A stretch of DNA of 64,000 bases from an uncultured SAR86 cluster bacterium (GTDB lineage: Bacteria; Pseudomonadota; Gammaproteobacteria; Magnimaribacterales; D2472), in contig CABXNE010000002.1 of the NCBI GenBank assembly GCA_902513515.1, positions 5,023 to 69,022 on the forward strand, written 5' to 3'. The notes beneath the pieces are model-generated. The model did no database searches. It saw nothing but the letters and a program-made list of their open reading frames with translations, and had not been told where the DNA came from. The position numbers were made by a program, and so were the translations under genes. Shown here one piece after another: positions 27,012 through 35,988 of this stretch (the first letter of the stretch is position 1; each line of letters starts with the position of its first letter).

Positions 27012-27019
27012 GAATAACT

Positions 27020-27448
27020 ATGAAAGAAATGGTTCAATCAGCGCTAGATAATTATGTCTTAGCATACAAAAATAATGATAAAGCTTTATTCAGAAGCCTT
27101 TGGGATGATAAGGCTGTATTTGAAGATCCTGTAGGTGCAGAGCCTTGTAATGGAATTGAAGCGATATGTGCTTTTTGGGATTTTGGACATAGTGATGGAA
27201 TGGAGATAAACCCTACAAATGTTGAAACAGTGATTTGTTCTAATGAAGGTATCCTAAAAGCTGTTATGGAGGTTAGAAATATTAATGATAATTCTGGAAT
27301 GGATATTTCAATTGTAGATCACTTTATTATTAACGAAAGTGGAAAAATTACGAGTGGTCGAGCTTTTTGGAATGAATCGTCTATTTCACAGCCTGATGAT
27401 GTTAGCTTAATTGATATCAATGTTGATGATTTTAAAGATAGGGGTTAA
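27020..27448 (+). CDS. NTF2-fold ketosteroid-isomerase-like protein
   Basis: 142 aa. YVLAYKNNDKALFRSLWDDKAVFEDPVG follows the ketosteroid-isomerase-related/SnoaL N-terminal pattern. Confidence 0.6.
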   Translation: MKEMVQSALDNYVLAYKNNDKALFRSLWDDKAVFEDPVGAEPCNGIEAICAFWDFGHSDGMEINPTNVETVICSNEGILKAVMEVRNINDNSGMDISIVDHFIINESGKITSGRAFWNESSISQPDDVSLIDINVDDFKDRG

Positions 27449-27462
27449 TTCTCTGTTTTTGT

Positions 27463-28218
27463 ATGAAACTTAGCGTCAATCTTAATAAAATTGCTTTAAT
27501 TAGAAATTCTCGGGGTAATGATTCTCCCTCACTAATTAATTATGCTAAAAAGTGTATTGATCTTGGTGTTGATGGTCTCACTCTACATCCAAGACCAGAT
27601 CATCGTCATGCCACTTCAGAAGATGCAATTGATATCTCTAAAATCTGCAAAGATCATGGTATTGAATTTAATTTAGAGGGCAATCCATTCTCCCTTCCTC
27701 AAGGAAAATTTATTGGTTTTCAAGAATTATGTACTAATACAAAACCTGATCAGGTTACCTTAGTACCAGATGACCTTCAGCAAATTACCTCAGATCATGG
27801 GTGGCAACCAGGCTTTTTAGATGATCAATTAAAAGATTTTATTGATTCACTCAAAGATTCTAATGTAAGAACAAGTTTATTTATTGATGCTGATACTAAT
27901 TCAGTTGAATATGCAGCAGGCATTGGCTTTGATCGAGTTGAAATTTACACAGGCCCATTTGCAAATTTTTTAGCAGATGAAGATTTTACAAATTTTGATT
28001 TATGTAAAAGTGAAATTGCTGAATGTATAGCTGCTGCAAATAAATCTATGATTGGAATTAATGCTGGCCATGATTTAAATCTAGATAATCTACCCCATTT
28101 AATTAAATGCGGAAGAGTGGATGAGGTATCAATTGGTCATGCAATTATCACAGATGCGTTGAAATTTGGTTTTAAGGACACCATAATAAAATATATCGAA
28201 TCTGTAAGGAAGAATTAA
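27463..28218 (+). CDS. pdxJ: pyridoxine 5'-phosphate synthase
   Basis: LSVNLNKIALIRNSRG, LHPRPDHRH, VTLVPD and INAGHDLN correspond to conserved PdxJ blocks. Confidence 0.9.
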   Translation: MKLSVNLNKIALIRNSRGNDSPSLINYAKKCIDLGVDGLTLHPRPDHRHATSEDAIDISKICKDHGIEFNLEGNPFSLPQGKFIGFQELCTNTKPDQVTLVPDDLQQITSDHGWQPGFLDDQLKDFIDSLKDSNVRTSLFIDADTNSVEYAAGIGFDRVEIYTGPFANFLADEDFTNFDLCKSEIAECIAAANKSMIGINAGHDLNLDNLPHLIKCGRVDEVSIGHAIITDALKFGFKDTIIKYIESVRKN

Positions 28219-28532
28219 TGTCGATTGAAGATAAAATAAAAGATCAAATTAAAGAGAATAAGATTTTAATATATATGAAAGGCTCTCCTTACGAACCCAA
28301 GTGTGGATTTTCTGCAAAAACAGTCCAAGCATTGATTGATTGCGGTGCTGAATTTTCTTATGTTGATATCTTAGAGAATCAAGATATAAGAAAGACTCTT
28401 CCAAGCATTTCAGATTGGCCAACTTTCCCTCAGGTTTTTGTCAGCAACGAGCTAATAGGTGGCTGCGATATTATAACTGAGATGCATGAGGCTGGAGAGC
28501 TTCAGACAATCATCAAAGAAGCTACCTCTTAA
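28218..28532 (+). CDS. grxD: monothiol glutaredoxin (Grx4/GrxD type)
   Basis: The CGFS active site in MKGSPYEPKCGFS, WPTFPQ, and GGCDI. Confidence 0.9.
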   Translation: MSIEDKIKDQIKENKILIYMKGSPYEPKCGFSAKTVQALIDCGAEFSYVDILENQDIRKTLPSISDWPTFPQVFVSNELIGGCDIITEMHEAGELQTIIKEATS

Positions 28533-28535
28533 TTG

Positions 28536-28976
28536 TTAACCAAAGTCTTTTAACATAGCTTTCAGCTCAAGAGTATGTTGTTCTTCCTCTCCAATCATGC
28601 TTCTAGCGTATTCTTCTAAATAGACTGAAGCATCTGCAACACTTGATAGTAATTTTTTGTATAGACCTAACGCATGCAATTCATGCTCTAGACCTTCTTC
28701 TAAGATATCTTTGATTGAATGCCTATGAGTTTCTTTAATTTTTGCAACTTTAAGGCTTGGGTGACCATCAAGTCCGACCAGTAATTCACCAGCTTGTTGT
28801 GCATGAAGCATGGATTCAGCCGCCTGATCTTTTAAAAACGTAACTATCGGTAATCTATATGGCCCAGAAACCATTAAGGAGGAGTGCGTGTACCTAACAA
28901 CACCTGCTAATTCATATTCCATTATTTCGTTCAATATATCGCATACTTCATCTGAATTAATTTTTTTCATTTCCAT
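28536..28976 (-). CDS. ferritin-like superfamily protein (Dps/bacterioferritin-like)
   Basis: 146-aa four-helix-type pattern with acidic/His metal ligands (NEIMEYELAG, ESMLHAQQAGE, EHELHAL, EEEQHTLEL). I could not resolve the subfamily by eye. Confidence 0.65.
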   Translation of the reverse strand: MEMKKINSDEVCDILNEIMEYELAGVVRYTHSSLMVSGPYRLPIVTFLKDQAAESMLHAQQAGELLVGLDGHPSLKVAKIKETHRHSIKDILEEGLEHELHALGLYKKLLSSVADASVYLEEYARSMIGEEEQHTLELKAMLKDFG

Positions 28977-29054
28977 ATTTATTCCTATTTATATAATTTG
29001 ATATCACTTTATTACTCTTTTTATTTCTTGTAAAGAACTGATTTAAGGTATTTT

Positions 29055-29073
29055 TTTAATGATAATCATTATC
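29055..29073. promoter_or_regulatory. Fur box (ferric uptake regulator operator)
   Basis: TTTAATGATAATCATTATC matches the classical 19-bp consensus GATAATGATAATCATTATC at 17 of 19 positions. It lies in the 135-bp divergent intergenic region, 39 bp upstream of the ATG at 29112 and 79 bp upstream of the ferritin-like start at 28976. Confidence 0.75.
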
Positions 29074-29111
29074 ACTATGGTATTTATTCTCATTTATGAA
29101 ATTATAGATAT

Positions 29112-29837
29112 ATGCAAATTATTAGAGGAGATGATTACCAGTCATGGGTTTATTCCAATGAAGGGGATTTGGTTGTTGTTGACCCTTGGCTAACGAAAAA
29201 ACAGGTTTTTCCAGGTTTAAATTGGTTGTTGCACAGAAGCGCATCAGGTGAGTCTTATTTAATAAAAAATAACTTAGTTAATCAAGTTACCCATATAATT
29301 ATTACTGCTCATTTCTCTGATCATTTAGATTTGGACTCTTTAAATCTATTTAGGAAAGATATAGAGATTTTTACAACGCACGAAGCTTCAAAAGTTTTAA
29401 TTAAGAATGGATTTGAGAATATAACTGTTGTTCAAATAAATAAGTCGTATGAACTAGGATCACTTAGATTAACAATTTATCAAGCTGGAAGACCATACCA
29501 TACGACTACATTTGCCTATTCTTTAGAAGATGGAAAATCAAAGCTTTTTCACGAATCACATATGTTTAATATGAATACTAAAATTGAAGAGGTTGAAGCC
29601 TGTATTATGACTGTGGATAGGGTAAAGGTTTTTGGTCTTGTTCAAGTTTCAATGGATTTAGAGCAAGCAAAATCAGCACAGTCCACTTTAAAAGCAAAGT
29701 ATTTTATTTCAACAGGTATTGCGCCAAGTAGAACAAAAGGACTAATTAGCTACATACTTAGCGTTAAAGAATCTTATTTACAGACTGAACTCTTATCATC
29801 TGTTTGCAGGGAAGCAGGAGACTCACTCAGTATTTAA
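29112..29837 (+). CDS. MBL-fold (metallo-beta-lactamase-like) protein with a degenerate metal motif
   Basis: IIITAHFSDHLD resembles but does not satisfy HxHxDH. The overall beta-lactamase_B_3-like pattern is a weak call. Confidence 0.4.
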   Translation: MQIIRGDDYQSWVYSNEGDLVVVDPWLTKKQVFPGLNWLLHRSASGESYLIKNNLVNQVTHIIITAHFSDHLDLDSLNLFRKDIEIFTTHEASKVLIKNGFENITVVQINKSYELGSLRLTIYQAGRPYHTTTFAYSLEDGKSKLFHESHMFNMNTKIEEVEACIMTVDRVKVFGLVQVSMDLEQAKSAQSTLKAKYFISTGIAPSRTKGLISYILSVKESYLQTELLSSVCREAGDSLSI

Positions 29838-30430
29838 ATACCATTGAAAGAATCATAGTCATTGATGATTTTACAAAAAACCTCTCCTGTAACCCTTGCA
29901 TCATATGCTGCGCTATGAGCTTCATCATTGTCATAAGTTATGTCTAACTCTTTGCATATTCTTGCTAGAACAGTTTGTTTTGTTGCTAAAACACCTAAGC
30001 TAACTGTATCAATTAGCGAAAAAGGGTGGAAGGGAGATTTTTTAATATTATTTCTATCACATGCTTCTAATAGAAAGCTGTGATCAAAAAATGCATTATG
30101 ACCAACTAGAATTGCTCTAGAGCAATCATATTTTGATTTTTGTGTATTTATAATTTTAAAAAATTCTTTTAGGGCATATTCTTCCTCAACGGCAGTTCTT
30201 AATGGATGATTCAAATCTAACCTAAGAAATTCTAAGGCTTCTTTTTCTACTTCAAGCCCTTCAAATGGTTTTATATGATACCTATAGGAATCTCCCAAAA
30301 TTAACTTTGAGCTTTCTTGATCAATTAATTGAATAGCTATTTCTAATATTGCATTTTTTTTTGAGTCAAAACCTCCAGTTTCAAGGTCTACAATAACTGG
30401 AAGGAATTTTCTAAATCTATCTTTTAACAT
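29834..30430 (-). CDS. rnt: ribonuclease T (DEDDh 3'-5' exoribonuclease)
   Basis: FLPVIVDLETGGFDSKKNAILEIA (ExoI), GHNAFFDHSFL (ExoII), and HSAAYDARVTGEVF (ExoIII, DEDDh). Confidence 0.85.
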   Translation of the reverse strand: MLKDRFRKFLPVIVDLETGGFDSKKNAILEIAIQLIDQESSKLILGDSYRYHIKPFEGLEVEKEALEFLRLDLNHPLRTAVEEEYALKEFFKIINTQKSKYDCSRAILVGHNAFFDHSFLLEACDRNNIKKSPFHPFSLIDTVSLGVLATKQTVLARICKELDITYDNDEAHSAAYDARVTGEVFCKIINDYDSFNGI

Positions 30431-30480
30431 TTAAGCCACTTATCATGCACGTATAATATAAACGATAATCACATACAAAT

Positions 30481-31500
30481 ATGATTTTTAAAGATATAAC
30501 TGACTCAAACTTTAATGGCATAAAAATTTCCTCTTATCATGAGTTTGAGCATGAGAAAGTTTATTATTATGAAGATAGTAACATTGGTCTGAAATCCTTA
30601 GTAGCTATCCATGATTCTTCAAAAGGACCAGCAATTGGTGGTTGTAGATATAAGAAATATGATTCATTCGAAGATGGTTTAAATGATGTATTACGTTTGT
30701 CTCGTGGAATGACCCATAAGAATAATGTCGCTCAAATACCATTTGGAGGAGGGAAAGCCATAATTTTTAAGGAAGGAAATAAATCAAAGAATCTATTACA
30801 GTCATTTGCTGATTTCTTAAATTTATTAGAAGGGAAATATATATCTGCTGAAGATATAGGTATTTCATTAGAAGATATTAGATTTATTAAAAATCATACT
30901 GATCATGTTTTTGATAATATTGATCCCGGACCATATACAGCTAAAGGTATTTTTTACGCTATCGAAGAGTCAATCGATTTCTATTATTCAGAATCTTTAC
31001 TAAATAAAACAATTTCTATTCAAGGGGCTGGCAGCGTGGGTAAAAAATTAGCAGACCATTTATCTAATGCAGGTGCAAAGGTTTTTATTTCTGATATTGA
31101 TAAAGAAAAATTAGATCACATCAATGATCCTAATATTATCTGTGTAGATGACGCCTTTACCTTTCAATGTGATGTGTTTTCACCATGCGCTGTAGGAGCA
31201 ATATTTTCTAAATCATCTATAAAAAATTTAAATTGTAAAATAATTGCTGGCGGTGCAAATAATCAACTGCAGGATCTATCTGTTGCAAATGATTTATATG
31301 AAAATGGCATCATTTACATACCTGATATTTTAATTAATTCAGGTGGAGCTATTGGTTTAACCAAAGACATAATGCACAGAAATGAAGATGAGACAGAATT
31401 AGATTTAAGAAACATAGCTTCTAGAGTTAGAAAAGCTTTAATTAAATCTCAAAAACACTCTATAAGCCTTCAAGACGTATTAAAAGAATTACTTGTTTAA
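30481..31500 (+). CDS. leucine (Leu/Val/Phe) dehydrogenase
   Basis: GPAIGGCRY, the catalytic-Lys block IPFGGGKA, and Rossmann IQGAGSVGKKLA. Glu/Leu/Phe/Val dehydrogenase family, about 340 aa. Confidence 0.85.
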   Translation: MIFKDITDSNFNGIKISSYHEFEHEKVYYYEDSNIGLKSLVAIHDSSKGPAIGGCRYKKYDSFEDGLNDVLRLSRGMTHKNNVAQIPFGGGKAIIFKEGNKSKNLLQSFADFLNLLEGKYISAEDIGISLEDIRFIKNHTDHVFDNIDPGPYTAKGIFYAIEESIDFYYSESLLNKTISIQGAGSVGKKLADHLSNAGAKVFISDIDKEKLDHINDPNIICVDDAFTFQCDVFSPCAVGAIFSKSSIKNLNCKIIAGGANNQLQDLSVANDLYENGIIYIPDILINSGGAIGLTKDIMHRNEDETELDLRNIASRVRKALIKSQKHSISLQDVLKELLV

Positions 31501-31501
31501 A

Positions 31502-32545
31502 TTATTCCGCGACACCTAATTTTCTTTGTAATTTTGTATTTGAGGTTGTGTACCCAAAGGGAACTCTTTCTCCTGGAAAATTTCTTTGAAAAGCTTTTTG
31601 AACCGCTAGAGTTGTTTCATGAAAACCACATAGTATTAAATCTAATTTGCCAGGGTAGTCATTGATATCTCCGACAGCAAAAATACCATCTCGATTAGTT
31701 TGAAAATCTTCTGTATTAACAGCGATCTTTTTAGATGCTAGCTCTAGTTCCCATTCAAGAATTGGGCCTAACTTTTTGTTAAGACCAAATAGAAATAATA
31801 ATTCATCTGCATCATGACTAATGGATTCTTTTGTATCAAAGTTTTTTAACTTTACTCCTGTTACTTTTTTATCGCCTAGAATTTCTTCAATTTGAAAGGG
31901 CGTAAGTAGATTAATATCTCCATTTTTAACTAAATCCCGCATTTGAGCTTCAGTATGTTGAGCACCTCTGAATTCATCTCTTCGATGAATTAAATTTATT
32001 GATTTAGCTATTTTTGCTAACTCAACTGTCCAATCTAAAGCGGAGTCACCACCTCCAAAAATAAAAAGGTTTTTATCTTTGTATAGATCTTTAGATTTAA
32101 CGGCATAACTTACCCCATGATCCAAAAATTTATCTGGATCTTCTATGTTGGGCGGTCTTCTTGGTTCAAATGAACCAGCGCCGGCTGCAATAAAGATATT
32201 CTTAGTTAAGCATTCTATACCTTCATTTGTTTTGATCATCCACGTTGTTATATCATCTGTGACTGAATGAACTTGGATTGATTCTACTCTTTGAGAAAGA
32301 TGAAGGTCATAGTCGAATGGCTTAATCTGCTTCATCAAGGCATCAACATGTTCTTGGGCTGTTTGGATTGGTACCCCGGGAATATCGTAAATTGGTTTTT
32401 CAGGATAGAGTTCGGAGCATTGACCCCCAACTTTATCTAAATTATCAATTAATGTGCACTTAAGACCTAGCAAGCCAGCTTCAAATACAGTAAATAGCCC
32501 AACTGGACCAGCACCAATTACCAAAATGTCTGTTTCAATTTTCAT
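31502..32545 (-). CDS. ferredoxin-NADP+ reductase, thioredoxin-reductase-like type
   Basis: [40 protein letters not shown], and HRRDEFRG are typical of YumC/TrxR-type FNR. It lacks the CxxC redox motif of true TrxR. Confidence 0.85.
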   Translation of the reverse strand: MKIETDILVIGAGPVGLFTVFEAGLLGLKCTLIDNLDKVGGQCSELYPEKPIYDIPGVPIQTAQEHVDALMKQIKPFDYDLHLSQRVESIQVHSVTDDITTWMIKTNEGIECLTKNIFIAAGAGSFEPRRPPNIEDPDKFLDHGVSYAVKSKDLYKDKNLFIFGGGDSALDWTVELAKIAKSINLIHRRDEFRGAQHTEAQMRDLVKNGDINLLTPFQIEEILGDKKVTGVKLKNFDTKESISHDADELLFLFGLNKKLGPILEWELELASKKIAVNTEDFQTNRDGIFAVGDINDYPGKLDLILCGFHETTLAVQKAFQRNFPGERVPFGYTTSNTKLQRKLGVAE

Positions 32546-34509
32546 TTAATTTTTTGTCCAGGTTGTGCTCCTGAATCAGGGGATAAAACAAAGATACCGC
32601 CATCTGAATCGCTTGCAGCCAAAATCATACCTTCAGATACTCCAAATTTCATTTTTCTAGGAGCTAGGTTATAGACCATTACAACTAATTTCCCTTCTAA
32701 TTGAGCAGGTTCATATGCTGATTTAATTCCAGCAAATACATTTTTTGTTCCTAGCTCGCCTAAGTCTAATTTAATAGAAAGCAGTTTATCTGCGCCTTCC
32801 ACATGAGAAGCTTCCTTTACTTTAGCAACTCTCAGATCAACTTTCATGAAGTCATCTATTTGAATAATATAATTATCTTCTTCGTTCATTTTTTCTTCCT
32901 TTTTATAAAAATCTTGAATATTTAATGGTTTAACTCTTGAGAGGATGGGTTTAAATTCACTTATCTCAAAATCAATTATTTCTGTTTCTAGATTTTCTAT
33001 GTTGAGATTATCAATATTCAGCATTAATAACATCTGTTTAGAGAGCTTGGGTGTTACAGGCGACAGCAATATACATAAGTTTTTAAAAACATTGAGGGCT
33101 GTTGTTGCTACGATCACTGCTTCAGCTTGATCTAGCTTCCAAGGAGCATTCTCATTAATATATTTATTAGTATCGTCAGCAATCTCCATTATTAATTTAA
33201 TAGCTTTAGAAAATTCTCTATCTTCATAGTTTTGCAATATTGTCTCTACACTCTGATTACAATTTAACAAATGCTCTTGATGAATTGTTTTGCTTAGGCA
33301 GTTATTATTTTTTGAAATGAATGGTGCTGAACGGCTAAAAATATTTGAAAATTTTCCAACCAAGTCTGAATTAATTTTTTGAGCCAAGTCTTCAAGATTT
33401 AGATCCAAGTCTTCAATCTTAGAATTTAATTTACTAGCAAAATAGTATCTTAATAACTCAGGATCACACACATCAGCAAATTGGTCAGCTGTAATAAATG
33501 TGCCCTTTGACTTAGACATTTTTTCTCCATTTACAGTCACAAAACCATGCACATGAATAGCATCAGGAAGCTTATATTTTGATTCCATCAATAATGCAGG
33601 CCAAAACAGCCCATGAAAATATGTAATATCCTTACCAATGAAATGATGAATCTCGTATTCTGAATCTTTGCCCCATAAATTCTCTAGCGATTGAGAGTTT
33701 TTATCAGTCCAATTGGTTGCTGATGCCATGTACCCAATAGGGGCATCAACCCACACATAAAAATATTTATCTTTTTCATCAGGTATCTTAAATCCAAAAT
33801 ATGGCGCATCTCTTGATATATCCCAACTTTTTAAATCACCATCAAGCCACTCTGATAACTTTCCAAGTATTGGTTTTTGAATTGATGATTTATCTAGAAA
33901 ATTAATAAGTTCATTTTTTGCTTTTTCTAGATCAAAGAATATGTGTTCAGAAGTTTTGGTTATTGGCGTAGTTTTTGACAAAGATGATTTAGGGTTGATA
34001 AGTTCTGTAGCAGAATAAGTTCCTCCACATTCCTCACATCCATCTCCATATTGATTTTTTGCTGAACACTTAGGACATTCGCCAAGAACATATCTGTCAG
34101 CTAAGAACATTTGTTTTTCTTCATCAAAAAATTGCTCAATTTCTTTTTTATATATATATCCAGAAGATTTTGCATCTAGATAGATTTCTGAAACCAAGGA
34201 TTCATTTTCTTTAGAATGTGTTGAATGGTAATTCGTGTATTGAATTCCAAACTTGGCTAATGATTCTATATGACTATTTTTTACCTCATCGATAAATTCA
34301 GTGGGTTTGATACCCATTTCATCTGCCTTCATCATTATTGGCGCTCCATGGGCATCATCTGCACAAAAAGTCAAAACTTCATTTTGAGTCAAACTCATAA
34401 AACGAGACCAAATATTTGTCTGGATATGCTCTAATATATGTCCAACATGGATGTCTCCATTTGCATATGGAAGGGCATTTGTTACGATTATTTTTCTTGA
34501 TTTATTAAT
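32542..34509 (-). CDS. metG: methionyl-tRNA synthetase with C-terminal tRNA-binding (Trbp111/EMAPII-like) domain; non-canonical start inferred
   Basis: KMSKS (EKMSKSKG), Zn knuckles CPKC...CEECG, and the C-terminal VDLRVAKV...GADKLL domain. The essential HIGH-region peptide [19 protein letters not shown] is encoded in-frame upstream of the track's ATG (34398). No ATG/GTG/TTG occurs before the in-frame TAG at 34533-34531, so the ATT at 34509 is proposed as the start. Confidence 0.95.
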   Translation of the reverse strand: MNKSRKIIVTNALPYANGDIHVGHILEHIQTNIWSRFMSLTQNEVLTFCADDAHGAPIMMKADEMGIKPTEFIDEVKNSHIESLAKFGIQYTNYHSTHSKENESLVSEIYLDAKSSGYIYKKEIEQFFDEEKQMFLADRYVLGECPKCSAKNQYGDGCEECGGTYSATELINPKSSLSKTTPITKTSEHIFFDLEKAKNELINFLDKSSIQKPILGKLSEWLDGDLKSWDISRDAPYFGFKIPDEKDKYFYVWVDAPIGYMASATNWTDKNSQSLENLWGKDSEYEIHHFIGKDITYFHGLFWPALLMESKYKLPDAIHVHGFVTVNGEKMSKSKGTFITADQFADVCDPELLRYYFASKLNSKIEDLDLNLEDLAQKINSDLVGKFSNIFSRSAPFISKNNNCLSKTIHQEHLLNCNQSVETILQNYEDREFSKAIKLIMEIADDTNKYINENAPWKLDQAEAVIVATTALNVFKNLCILLSPVTPKLSKQMLLMLNIDNLNIENLETEIIDFEISEFKPILSRVKPLNIQDFYKKEEKMNEEDNYIIQIDDFMKVDLRVAKVKEASHVEGADKLLSIKLDLGELGTKNVFAGIKSAYEPAQLEGKLVVMVYNLAPRKMKFGVSEGMILAASDSDGGIFVLSPDSGAQPGQKIK

Positions 34510-34564
34510 TTCAGAGACCCAATTTAAGTGCTAATCGAGTATTATAAGTCAAAATATTATATCA

Positions 34565-35281
34565 ATGGGCATCAAACAAATAATTGCTATAGCTTCAGCA
34601 AAAGGTGGGGTTGGGAAATCAACTATTTGCGCACATTTAGCATCCCAATTTTCAAAAGACTTCAAGGTAGGCATTCTTGATGCCGATATATATGGGCCTA
34701 ATCAACATATTCTTTTTGATCTATTAGATTCTAAACCAGAAGTTCAGATTGAAGATGGCAAAAAATCATTTGTACCCATTAAAGTTAACAATATTTCATT
34801 GAATAGTATGGGTTTTGTCCTTGATAACGAAAAGGCTGCAATGTGGAGAGGTCCAATGTTGAGCGGAGCAATTAAGCAGCTTAAAGACTTAACTCAATGG
34901 GGCGATCTAGATTATTTATTTATAGATATGCCACCAGGAACAGGCGATGCATATTTAACAGTTGCATCTGAGATTAAACCTAATTATGTATTGCTAGTAA
35001 CTTCTCAAAGTAAATTGGCTGTTCAAGATACAATTAAATCAAAAGCAATGTTTGAGAGGTTGAAAATACCCATGATTGGTATAGTTGATAATATGTCATA
35101 TTCAATTTCACCAAACTCTGATGAGAAAATACCTGAGTTCACTCCAATTAATATAGAAAATGAAATTGGTTTAAAAGTTTTAGGCTCTATTCCTAGAACA
35201 AAACAATTAACAGATTTTAATCCAAACAAATCATCAATTTTTTTTAAGTCAATTTATAATGAAATTCTTAAGATAATATAA
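34565..35281 (+). CDS. Mrp/ApbC/NBP35-family P-loop ATPase, short form lacking the CxxC cluster-binding motif
   Basis: Deviant Walker A ASAKGGVGKST, DMPPGTGD, and GIVDNMS. Where ApbC has C-x-x-C after NMS, this protein reads SISPNS. It is divergent from metG, as E. coli mrp is. Confidence 0.8.
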   Translation: MGIKQIIAIASAKGGVGKSTICAHLASQFSKDFKVGILDADIYGPNQHILFDLLDSKPEVQIEDGKKSFVPIKVNNISLNSMGFVLDNEKAAMWRGPMLSGAIKQLKDLTQWGDLDYLFIDMPPGTGDAYLTVASEIKPNYVLLVTSQSKLAVQDTIKSKAMFERLKIPMIGIVDNMSYSISPNSDEKIPEFTPINIENEIGLKVLGSIPRTKQLTDFNPNKSSIFFKSIYNEILKII

Positions 35282-35985
35282 TGAACTTTAAAAAATTTAC
35301 CTCAATTTTTTTATTACTTTTTTTAAGCATCATCTCTCATGCTGAGGATGATCCCCTTGAAGAATACAACAGAAAAATTTGGGCTTTTAATGAATTTCTT
35401 GATGATAATTTTGCTAAACCAACTGCTGAAATTTATACATCTTTTACTCCTGATTTCATAGAAATTGGAATTAGCAATTTTTTTAGGAATTTAAATGAGC
35501 TTGATAATACTGCCAATCAACTCTTGCAAGGCAGGCCTATTCTGGCCATAAATGATTTTTCTCGTTTTCTTATAAACACAACTTTAGGTTTGGGGGGTTT
35601 TATAGATGTTGGATCAAAATTTGGTCTTGAAAAACACGACGAAGATTTTGGTCAAACATTAGGATCATGGGGTTTTAGCTCTGGACCATTTTTAATGATT
35701 CCAATATATGGACCCTCTACACCACGAGGATTAGCTGGGAGAAGTGTTAGTTCACTTCTCAGCGGTACATTCGCTATTGAAGAAACAGATGTTAGGATTG
35801 GAATAACAGCCCTTGATGCTCTTGAAACACGTGCAAGATATTTAGAAGTTGAAACGCTAATTATTGGTGATAGATACTCATTTATTAGAGATTCATATAT
35901 GCAATATCAAGAATTTGAATTAACTAATGGTGAAGATCAGCCCGATGATTTTGTTGATGACATGGATGATTTCTTGCTTGATTAG
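35281..35985 (+). CDS. mlaA: outer-membrane lipid asymmetry lipoprotein MlaA (VacJ)
   Basis: Signal-like N-terminus. DPLEEYNRKIWAFNEFLDDNFAKP and GGFIDV...EDFGQTLG are MlaA/VacJ signatures. Confidence 0.85.
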   Translation: MNFKKFTSIFLLLFLSIISHAEDDPLEEYNRKIWAFNEFLDDNFAKPTAEIYTSFTPDFIEIGISNFFRNLNELDNTANQLLQGRPILAINDFSRFLINTTLGLGGFIDVGSKFGLEKHDEDFGQTLGSWGFSSGPFLMIPIYGPSTPRGLAGRSVSSLLSGTFAIEETDVRIGITALDALETRARYLEVETLIIGDRYSFIRDSYMQYQEFELTNGEDQPDDFVDDMDDFLLD

Positions 35986-35988
35986 AAT

